A DNA stretch of 32,000 nucleotides, taken from the NCBI RefSeq assembly GCF_000018105.1, contig NC_009925.1, positions 960,001-992,000 on the forward strand. The letters are read 5' to 3'. Under the pieces are notes generated by a model that saw only the letters and a program-made list of their open reading frames with translations, ran no database searches and had not been told where the DNA came from. Positions 18,146 to 25,740 of this stretch are shown one piece after another. The first letter of the stretch is position 1. Every line of letters begins with the position of its first letter. The position numbers and the translations under genes are program-made. Source of the DNA: Acaryochloris marina MBIC11017 (GTDB taxonomy: Bacteria; Cyanobacteriota; Cyanobacteriia; Thermosynechococcales; Thermosynechococcaceae).

Positions 18146-18217
18146 AGCGGGTAACGCGATTCGAACGCGCGACATTCACCTTGGCAAGGTGACGCTCTAC
18201 CACTGAGCTATACCCGC
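18146..18217 (-). tRNA. trnG: tRNA-Gly (anticodon GCC), no encoded CCA
   Basis: I folded the reverse complement by hand. Acceptor GCGGGTA/TACCCGC, D arm GCTC-AGTGGTA-GAGC. Anticodon arm TCACC-TTGCCAA-GGTGA. T arm GCGCG-TTCGAAT-CGCGT, discriminator T. The 3-prime flank is TTT, not CCA. Confidence 0.95.
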
Positions 18218-18271
18218 AAATAAATCTTCTGCCTATCTAGCTTCTCAAATGTAGCCGAGTCTGTCAATAAA

Positions 18272-18865
18272 TTAGGAATTATTGGATTCCGACTTTAAAG
18301 CGTTAGGAATTTGGGCGCTACTTACACTTGGAGGCAATACGGCAGCTTCACCTAGATTTTGATTGCTCGCATCCGCTACAGCAAGCTGTGGACGGAGCTG
18401 GTGCATTAGGCTAGCCATTTCCAAGGCATTCATGGCAAAGTCCCAGCCTTTGTTGCTTTTTATGCCTGCCCGCTCCAGGGCTTGTTGCATACTATCAACA
18501 GTCAAAATGCCAAAGATAAGTGGAACACCCGTTTGCAAACTAGTAGCCGCTATTCCTTTCGAAACTTCACCGGCAACATAGTCAAAATGAGGGGTTTGAC
18601 CGCGGATAACTGCACCCAGGCAAATGATGGCATCGTAACCATGAGATAAAGCTAGCTGTCGAGCCACTAGGGGGATCTCAAAACCTCCTGGTACCCAGAT
18701 ATAGTCAACCTGACTTCCGGTCTCATGGGTATCAACGCCATGACGCTGTAGACAGTCTTGGCAACCTGCTAGCAGCTTGCTGGTCACTAGATCATTGAAA
18801 CGCCCAATAACAATAGCAAACCGGAAGGATGCCGAATGCGTAAATTTGCCTTCAAAGACAGCCAT
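18272..18865 (-). CDS. ribH: 6,7-dimethyl-8-ribityllumazine synthase with extended C-terminal tail
   Basis: [29 protein letters not shown]...[15 protein letters not shown]...[21 protein letters not shown] matches the RibH core. About 40 extra C-terminal residues are low-complexity. Confidence 0.93.
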   Translation of the reverse strand: MAVFEGKFTHSASFRFAIVIGRFNDLVTSKLLAGCQDCLQRHGVDTHETGSQVDYIWVPGGFEIPLVARQLALSHGYDAIICLGAVIRGQTPHFDYVAGEVSKGIAATSLQTGVPLIFGILTVDSMQQALERAGIKSNKGWDFAMNALEMASLMHQLRPQLAVADASNQNLGEAAVLPPSVSSAQIPNALKSESNNS

Positions 18866-18988
18866 TCCAGTTTGCCTTTACCTTTATCAATTTAGAGACA
18901 CAGATAAGAATATACGAGCGATTCCTAAAACACTTGAGCTTGATGCACGAAACATAGAATACTCAAGGTTCACGGTTTGGGAAGGAAT

Positions 18989-19177
18989 CTAGATAACAAC
19001 AATAGAGGCTAATGCAGCTACGAATAGTAAAACAACCCATGCAGCAGCGCCACCCCAAATGAGTTTATTGGCGTCGTCCGATGCATCACCTGTAGAGAAA
19101 ACTACAGGCACGCCAATTATCATTGCAAAAGATAAGGCAACGAAAGCAGCAATTAAAAGTTGAAACAATACTGACAT
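18989..19177 (-). CDS. psbZ: Photosystem II reaction centre protein Z (Ycf9)
   Basis: The 62-aa product MSVLFQLLIAAFVALSFAMIIGVPVVFSTGD... has two TM helices, as in PsbZ. The ATG at 19177 is preceded by GGGAGAG. The track ORF is extended upstream to 19222. Confidence 0.9.
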   Translation of the reverse strand: MSVLFQLLIAAFVALSFAMIIGVPVVFSTGDASDDANKLIWGGAAAWVVLLFVAALASIVVI

Positions 19178-19331
19178 GATTCTCTCCCAATCCAGTCCTG
19201 AAAGAAGTTTAAATATAAGCAAATTAACTAGGCATTTGAGAGTGCCTACGCCAGATAATCATACCCTAAAAGAGGAGATTTACTTGACTGAAGTCGATGG
19301 AGCCGTAGGCGTTGGGATGTAAATAGGCTGG

Positions 19332-22040
19332 ATGGATATCGTTTTATGTCATCGCACAGCAGACTTTGACACCTTAGGAGCCGCTGTCGGTATCACTCAT
19401 TTATATCCGGGAACTCGAATTGTCCTGTGTGGGGGAGCCCATCCAACGGTTCGGGAGTTTCTAGGGCTCTACAGGGATCAATTTCCTCTAATTGAGCATC
19501 GGGCGATTAATGCTGAACAGCTTCGCTCAATTACGATCGTCGATGCACAACGGCGCCAGCTTTTAGGACCCGCAGCAAATTGGCTTGATCTTCCTCAAGT
19601 CCAAGTCAAAATTTACGATCACCATCTATCCACAACCGGGAATATTGAAGCCGATCAGTTGATACTGGAAGCAGTGGGCGCAGCCACCACCCTAGTCGTG
19701 GAAGAGTTGCAGCGAAAACACCTGCAGATGCCTGTGACCGTGGCAACGGTGATGGCTTTGGGAATTCATGTGGATACCGGATCTCTCACTTACCCAAGTT
19801 CGACCGTGCGAGATGCGGCTGCTTTGACTTGGTTAATGACTCAAGGGGCCAATCAACGGGCGATTGCAGAGTACACCGAACCCGTTTTTTCCTCAGATTT
19901 ACAGGATTTGCTGACCCAAGCCTTGGAATTAACACAAACCCAGTCTAGACATGGAAATTCTTTGTCCTGGGTGATGTTGAAGACAGAACGTTATGTGCCT
20001 GGTTTGGCCAGCCTGACCTCACAACTGATGCTTCTGCATGAGAGTGACAGTTTTTTGCTGGGGCATGTCTATAGCAAGGCTGAAACCCAGAAACTAAGTG
20101 TGATAGGTCGTTCTCGGGTTGAAGGAGTTGACCTGAATGGACTATTGCAGCCCCTAGGAGGTGGGGGACATGCCCGGGCAGCTGCAGTGACGTTAAAAAC
20201 AGAAACGCCCCAAAGGGTAATGGAGGACTTAGTGGCAACGCTGCTGGAGCAGATGCCCTTACCGCCTATGGCGGCAGACTTAATGTCTTCCCCCGTCCGA
20301 ACCATTCGCCCCACGACCACCATTGATCAAGCCCGGCGAATTTTGTTGCGCTATGGCCATTCTGGGCTGTCAGTGGTGAATGACCAAGATCAGTTGGTAG
20401 GGATTTTATCTCGGCGTGATCTCGATATTGCCCTCCATCATGGCTTTGGACATGCTCCAGTTAAAGGTTATATGACGGCCCCAGTTCGCACGATTAGTTT
20501 GGGGACCTCTCTGCCTGAGATTGAATTGATGATGGTGACCTACGATATTGGCCGGTTGCCAGTGGTGGAACAGGGGCAATTGGTGGGGATCGTAACCCGT
20601 ACGGATATCCTGCGCCAGCTACATCAACTGAAGCATCCAGTACTCCCGACCCATCAACAAGTAGTGCGCACATCCATTCAGGAACAACTGCGATCGCAAC
20701 TGTCTCCCACATTGCAAACCCTGTTATCGACGGCGGCAGATGCGGCAGCAGCTCAAGGCTGGCAGCTGTATTTAGTGGGGGGAGCGGTACGGGATTTGCT
20801 GCTCTCAGGCCCAAACCAGCCCTTTAGGGTGAAAGAGTTTGATCTCGTTGTGGATGGCGTTGAAACCACTGCAAAAGCGGCAGGGGTTTCTCTCGCCCAA
20901 ACCTTACAGTCAGACTATCCTGAGACCCAATTGCAGGTTTATGGCCAGTTCCAAACCGCGGCTCTGATTTGGCCCTCTGGATCCGAGTTAGCTGGATTTT
21001 CGGTGGATATTGCGACAGCGCGCAGTGAGTTTTACCCTTATCCTGCCGCCAATCCAGAGGTAGAAGCAAGCTCCATTCGTCAAGACCTCTATCGGCGAGA
21101 CTTTACCATCAATGCTTTGGCCGTTCGATTAACACGTCAGGGGTTTCAATCCCATCCCAGTGGCGAGTTACTAGATTTCTTCGGAGGCGTAGTGGATCTG
21201 CAGGATCGCCAAATCCGAGTTCTGCATCCCAACAGCTTTATTGAAGATCCGACTCGAATTTTTCGAGCCGTACGGTTTGCAACTCGACTGGAGTTTGAGA
21301 TTGGAGAACAGACCGAGGCCTATATTCGCCATGCGATCGCAAGTGGTATCTATACACAAGTCCAGGCAGAAAAGGATAAAGCGCCAGCCTTGCAATCCCG
21401 CCTCAAAAACGAACTTAAGTACATTTTCAAAACATCTCATTGGGCAAGAGCGCTCAATTTACTGGCTGACTTAGAGGCATTGCAGTGTATCCATCCTCAG
21501 CTCCAAATCAATCAACACTGGTGGCAACGGGTGCGACTGGCCATCTGTTGGTACAACACATTTGAACCCGCTCGCTTAGAGGTGCCTGTTTGGTTGTTGA
21601 TTTTAGAAGTATTGCTGACTGCTTTACCCCCTACAGAGCGCTGTGTAGTGGCCGCTAACTTACATTTATCAGACTCCACTCAACAGAGACTTCAAAATCT
21701 GGATGGGGTATTGCAAGAACTTGAAAAGCAACCGGAGCAAGCCTCCCCTAGCCAACTCACAGATTTTTTAAAGTCCCACAACATTTCCGGATTGATTTTA
21801 GTCGGCATCTATAGCAATGTCAGGATTCGCAAGTGGGTGTGGCAGTACCTATCGGATTGGTCGAGCCGCAAACCATTACTGACAGGTAAAGACTTGATTC
21901 AGTTAGGGTATCGACCGGGGCGAGAATTTAAATCGATGTTGGCAGCCCTTGGGGCTGCTACCTTAGACGGTGAACTCAAGGACCGAGATCAAGCACAAGC
22001 CTGGGTAAAAGCACGTTTTCCCATCCCTCCTAAAACGTAG
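19332..22040 (+). CDS. Multidomain tRNA nucleotidyltransferase (CCA-adding)/poly(A) polymerase-family enzyme with N-terminal DHH-DHHA1 and tandem CBS domains
   Basis: A DHH-type N-terminus (HRTADFDTLGAAVG, IYDHH, GGGGHARAAA) is followed by two CBS-like units (MSSPVRTIRP...GLSVVND..LVGILSRRDL; MTAPVRTI...RLPVVEQGQLVGIVTRTDIL). Then come the pol-beta-type head motifs LVGGAVRDLLL and RRDFTINAL. Confidence 0.85.
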   Translation: MDIVLCHRTADFDTLGAAVGITHLYPGTRIVLCGGAHPTVREFLGLYRDQFPLIEHRAINAEQLRSITIVDAQRRQLLGPAANWLDLPQVQVKIYDHHLSTTGNIEADQLILEAVGAATTLVVEELQRKHLQMPVTVATVMALGIHVDTGSLTYPSSTVRDAAALTWLMTQGANQRAIAEYTEPVFSSDLQDLLTQALELTQTQSRHGNSLSWVMLKTERYVPGLASLTSQLMLLHESDSFLLGHVYSKAETQKLSVIGRSRVEGVDLNGLLQPLGGGGHARAAAVTLKTETPQRVMEDLVATLLEQMPLPPMAADLMSSPVRTIRPTTTIDQARRILLRYGHSGLSVVNDQDQLVGILSRRDLDIALHHGFGHAPVKGYMTAPVRTISLGTSLPEIELMMVTYDIGRLPVVEQGQLVGIVTRTDILRQLHQLKHPVLPTHQQVVRTSIQEQLRSQLSPTLQTLLSTAADAAAAQGWQLYLVGGAVRDLLLSGPNQPFRVKEFDLVVDGVETTAKAAGVSLAQTLQSDYPETQLQVYGQFQTAALIWPSGSELAGFSVDIATARSEFYPYPAANPEVEASSIRQDLYRRDFTINALAVRLTRQGFQSHPSGELLDFFGGVVDLQDRQIRVLHPNSFIEDPTRIFRAVRFATRLEFEIGEQTEAYIRHAIASGIYTQVQAEKDKAPALQSRLKNELKYIFKTSHWARALNLLADLEALQCIHPQLQINQHWWQRVRLAICWYNTFEPARLEVPVWLLILEVLLTALPPTERCVVAANLHLSDSTQQRLQNLDGVLQELEKQPEQASPSQLTDFLKSHNISGLILVGIYSNVRIRKWVWQYLSDWSSRKPLLTGKDLIQLGYRPGREFKSMLAALGAATLDGELKDRDQAQAWVKARFPIPPKT

Positions 22041-22109
22041 GGTGAAAATTATGCCTGCTATCCTCCCTTGTGTCTGGTAGAGTCATCATACGAATTGCTG
22101 GAAACCTTC

Positions 22110-23279
22110 ATGCCCAAGCTGCACCTGGGACCCAAATGGCGACAACCCCGAATTCGGAACGGGTTGATCCAAGGATTAGTTCTTCTCCTGATTGGGTTGG
22201 CTGTTGTTTACTTTGGTGCCAATCTAGTTCAAAACTTACAGCGCCTGCGTCTTCCTTTTGGATTTGATTTTTTATTCGCCAAGTCTGGTCCCAGTATCGG
22301 TGAAACCCTGATCGAGTATTCACCCACCGATAATATTGCCCGGGCCTTTGGGGTAGCCCTGCTCAATACCTTGCGGGTGGTGGTTCTGGGAATTGTCTTG
22401 GCAACCGTTGTTGGTATTGGCGTTGGGATGGCTCGCCTATCGGATAACTGGCTGGTGCGTAAACTGGCAACATTCTATGTCGAGACCTTGCGGAATTTTC
22501 CGTTGCTATTACAGCTGCTGTTCTGGTATCTGGCGGTTTTTCTGAAGTTACCGACCTTCGAGAATCGCATCCAGCTCCCAGGGCCGATTATTCTCAGCAA
22601 AAATGGGGTGGCGTTCCCGTGGCTAAAAGGGAATCCCGCTACCCTGCCATGGATATTGGCTTTAGCCATCGGCAGTGTGTGTGCTTGTTTACTGTGGCGT
22701 TACCTTATTCGGCTGCAAATTGAGCAAGGCCGCATTACCTTTGCCGGGTTATGGTCATTGCTATTGCTGGTTGGCATAGGGGGAGGAGCCGCACTGATCA
22801 CCCAGCGTCTTCCGTTTGATGTAAGCCTCCCCCACGTAGACCAACGGGTGGTGACCGGTGGCCTACAGTTAACGTCCGAATTTTCCGCGTTACTCCTGGG
22901 CCTCACCTTATATACGGCAGCCTTTATTGCCGAAATTGTCCGAGCGGGAATTCGCTCTGTTTCCATCGGCCAGTCGGAAGCAGCCCGCGCTTTGGGGCTA
23001 AAGCCAACACTCGTCATGCGATTTGTAGTCTTCCCTCAAGCCTTAAGGGTGATTGTGCCGCCACTCACCAGTCAATATTTGAACTTGGCAAAAAATTCTA
23101 GCCTGGCCGTCGCAGTCGGTTACCCCGATATCTACTATGTAGCCTCTGCCTCCTTAGAAGATACTGGACGCTCAGTTGAAATCGTCCTGCTATTAATGGC
23201 GATCTATTTGACGATGAGTTTACTCATTTCAATTCTGATGAATCTCTACAACCGCAGTATTCAATTGGTTGAGCGATAG
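22110..23279 (+). CDS. Amino-acid ABC transporter permease (AapQ/NatG-like, HisM/GlnP superfamily)
   Basis: It is multi-TM, with the EAA-loop region IRSVSIGQSEAARALGLKPTLVMRFVVFPQALRVIVPPL typical of polar amino-acid permeases. The first ATG is at 22110; the track start is TTG 22068. Confidence 0.85.
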   Translation: MPKLHLGPKWRQPRIRNGLIQGLVLLLIGLAVVYFGANLVQNLQRLRLPFGFDFLFAKSGPSIGETLIEYSPTDNIARAFGVALLNTLRVVVLGIVLATVVGIGVGMARLSDNWLVRKLATFYVETLRNFPLLLQLLFWYLAVFLKLPTFENRIQLPGPIILSKNGVAFPWLKGNPATLPWILALAIGSVCACLLWRYLIRLQIEQGRITFAGLWSLLLLVGIGGGAALITQRLPFDVSLPHVDQRVVTGGLQLTSEFSALLLGLTLYTAAFIAEIVRAGIRSVSIGQSEAARALGLKPTLVMRFVVFPQALRVIVPPLTSQYLNLAKNSSLAVAVGYPDIYYVASASLEDTGRSVEIVLLLMAIYLTMSLLISILMNLYNRSIQLVER

Positions 23280-23292
23280 GGAAATAAGTCTA

Positions 23293-24486
23293 ATGCCGCC
23301 GAAATCTCCGACTCCCCTTTCAACATCCTCCCTATTGATCTGGCTGCGCCGCAACCTCTTCAGCACCTGGTACAACGGTTTGCTGACAGTGATTAGCCTC
23401 TGGATTATTTATCTAGGGGGACGAGGTCTATTTCGATGGATGTTTAGTCAGGCCCAATGGACGGTTTTGCAAGCGAACTTGCGCTTGTTCTTTGTAGGCC
23501 GTTTTCCCATCGACCAAATTTGGCGAGTATGGCTAATTTTAGTGCTGGTTTCTGCCGTCACGAGTTTGACCATTGGAGTCGTTCAATGGAACCGTATTTT
23601 ACCCATCAGTATGGGCCTTTTGACGGCAATTAGTTTAGGCATTGTCCCTCTAGTTGGCGGGCAAGGTCCAGAACTTGTGTGGGTTGCAGCGATAGGAAGT
23701 GTTGCAGTACTCAATCTGCTAGGGGGACCGTGGTTAAAAACTCACCTGTCTCCTCGCTTGCTCAGCAGAGGTTTGCCCGCTGTCTGGTTCCTGACCGCAT
23801 TTATCATCTTGTGGCTATTAATGGGAGGGTTGGGAATCAGCACCATCGGTACTAATGTTTGGCAAGGGTTCTTATTGACGGTGGTAGCGGCGGTCGTGAG
23901 TATTGCCCTGTCCTTTCCCCTGGGGGTGTTGTTGGCCTTAGGACGGCGCAGTCCCTTGCCCGTCATTCGGACCCTGAGCGTTCTCTACATTGAGGTCATT
24001 CGAGGGTTGCCCTTGATTGGTGTTCTTTTTGTCGCTGGGGTGATGTTGCCATTGATATTGCCGAGCCAAGTGCAGCTAGATGCCGTCTTTCGGGCAATTT
24101 GTGGCCTCACACTCTTTAGCGCGGCTTATCTGGCCGAAAATGTGCGTGGAGGATTACAGTCTATCCCCCAAGGTCAATTTGAAGCTGCAAAGGCATTGGG
24201 GCTAAATCCCATGTTGGTTTTAGGATTAGTGGTGTTACCTCAAGCCCTGCGATCGGTGATTCCCGCGATAGTAGGTCAGTTTATCGGATTGTTCAAAGAC
24301 ACTTCACTACTATCAATTATTGGTCTCGTGGAACTGACGGGGGTTTCTCGATCTGTTCTATCCCAACCCCGATTTATTGGTCGGCATGGAGAAGTGTATT
24401 TGTTTATTGGTTTGCTGTACTGGTTATTCTGTTATCTGATGTCTTTGGGGAGTCGGCGTTTAGAACATCAACTCGGTGTGAAGTGA
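23293..24486 (+). CDS. Amino-acid ABC transporter permease (AapM/NatH-like)
   Basis: EAA-loop region LQSIPQGQFEAAKALGLNPMLVLGLVVLPQALRSVIPAIVGQFIGLFKDTSL. The first ATG is at 23293; the track start is TTG 23269, which overlaps the previous gene. Confidence 0.85.
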   Translation: MPPKSPTPLSTSSLLIWLRRNLFSTWYNGLLTVISLWIIYLGGRGLFRWMFSQAQWTVLQANLRLFFVGRFPIDQIWRVWLILVLVSAVTSLTIGVVQWNRILPISMGLLTAISLGIVPLVGGQGPELVWVAAIGSVAVLNLLGGPWLKTHLSPRLLSRGLPAVWFLTAFIILWLLMGGLGISTIGTNVWQGFLLTVVAAVVSIALSFPLGVLLALGRRSPLPVIRTLSVLYIEVIRGLPLIGVLFVAGVMLPLILPSQVQLDAVFRAICGLTLFSAAYLAENVRGGLQSIPQGQFEAAKALGLNPMLVLGLVVLPQALRSVIPAIVGQFIGLFKDTSLLSIIGLVELTGVSRSVLSQPRFIGRHGEVYLFIGLLYWLFCYLMSLGSRRLEHQLGVK

Positions 24487-24520
24487 AGCTTGCTGTGTCC
24501 CAACCTGTAAATGAACTGTA

Positions 24521-25261
24521 ATGACTGAAACGAACCCAATTATTGTGGCCACAGATGTTCACAAGTGGTACGACTCCTTCCACGTCCTGCAGGGCGTGAA
24601 TCTAACAGTGGAACGCCAAGAAGTCGTCGTACTAATGGGGCCGTCAGGGTCAGGCAAATCTACATTTATCCGTACCCTTAATGCCTTAGAAGATTATCAA
24701 CAGGGGCAGATTGTGATTGATGGCATGGCCCTATCCCAGGATCTTGGCAATATTGAATCGATTCGCCGAGAAGTGGGGATGGTGTTTCAGCAATTTAATT
24801 TATTTCCCCATTTAACAGTGTTGCAAAATATCACCTTGGCACCCATCTGGGTAAGGCGTTGGCCCCGCGCCAAGGCAGAAGAAGTAGCGATGCAGCTCCT
24901 CGAACAAGTTGATATTTTGGAGCAAGCCCAGAAATATCCGGGACAATTGTCGGGCGGACAGCAGCAACGGGTTGCGATCGCAAGGGCACTCGCCATGCAG
25001 CCCAAGATTATGTTGTTTGATGAACCCACCTCTGCTCTTGATCCTGAGATGGTGAAAGAAGTGCTAGTGGTCATGCGTTCGTTAGCTAAATCGGGCATGA
25101 CTATGGTCGTTGTTACCCATGAAGTCGGGTTCGCCAGAGAAGTAGCAAACCGTATTCTGCTGATGGACCAAGGCACAGTTGTAGAAGAGGCTGCTCCAGA
25201 GCAATTTTTTCAAAATCCTCAAGAGGAGCGAACCAAACTTTTCTTATCACAAATTTTGTAG
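24521..25261 (+). CDS. Polar amino-acid ABC transporter ATP-binding protein (GlnQ/AapP/BgtA-like)
   Basis: Walker [11 protein letters not shown]-loop, signature [15 protein letters not shown], Walker [12 protein letters not shown] and H-loop VTHE. Confidence 0.94.
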   Translation: MTETNPIIVATDVHKWYDSFHVLQGVNLTVERQEVVVLMGPSGSGKSTFIRTLNALEDYQQGQIVIDGMALSQDLGNIESIRREVGMVFQQFNLFPHLTVLQNITLAPIWVRRWPRAKAEEVAMQLLEQVDILEQAQKYPGQLSGGQQQRVAIARALAMQPKIMLFDEPTSALDPEMVKEVLVVMRSLAKSGMTMVVVTHEVGFAREVANRILLMDQGTVVEEAAPEQFFQNPQEERTKLFLSQIL

Positions 25262-25740
25262 CCTAATTTGTCTTGGGATTGAAAGCTTCTCATCCAATTG
25301 GTGCATATGTAGGGTTTGCCTGTTTAGTTGGTTATTCTTCCCTAGAATCATGATGATTGGGTCCTAAAATATTTCGCAATATTTCAATATTTTGCGAGAG
25401 ATGTCGGAGTTCTAGTGTGATATATTATCTAAAATATTTACAGGAATAAAATTTAAGTTAGGTAGGTACAATCAGCACTTTATCAAAGCAAGGAGTATTT
25501 AGCTGAACTTAACTGGGTCAGAAGGAAGAAGTTATCGCCCTAGTCTTTCTTTATTTCAACCTTTTAGTTTTCTTCAGTTACGATCAATTGCTCAATATGT
25601 ATGGTGCATTCCAACCTTGAAATCTATGATTGCCTTTAAAGTTTTCTAATTTCTCCATCCTATTCCTAGTGCAAATGAGACTAAGCCGTTCGAATCCAGT
25701 GGTAGCAACAACTAGCAAATAATGTATTGGGGGAGCAAGT

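Noticed and set aside
19945-21474. Antisense and off-frame ORFs (19945-20238, 20069-20323, 20494-20814, 20824-21069, 21171-21440, 21241-21474) inside the nucleotidyltransferase gene
   Set aside because: They are embedded in a long, motif-supported CDS and have Pro/Arg/Ser-rich compositions typical of spurious frames.
22068-22109. TTG/GTG-initiated extensions of several track ORFs (22068, 23269, 2206, 19222, 30087)
   Set aside because: In each case an ATG a few codons downstream gives a product matching the usual family N-terminus (psbZ, chlG, TetR) or avoids overlap with the preceding gene.
22041-22109. GTA...TAC element (GTAGAGTCATCATAC) upstream of the amino-acid permease gene as a possible NtcA site
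   Set aside because: The spacing is GTA-N9-TAC rather than the canonical GTA-N8-TAC, and no appropriately placed -10 box was evident.
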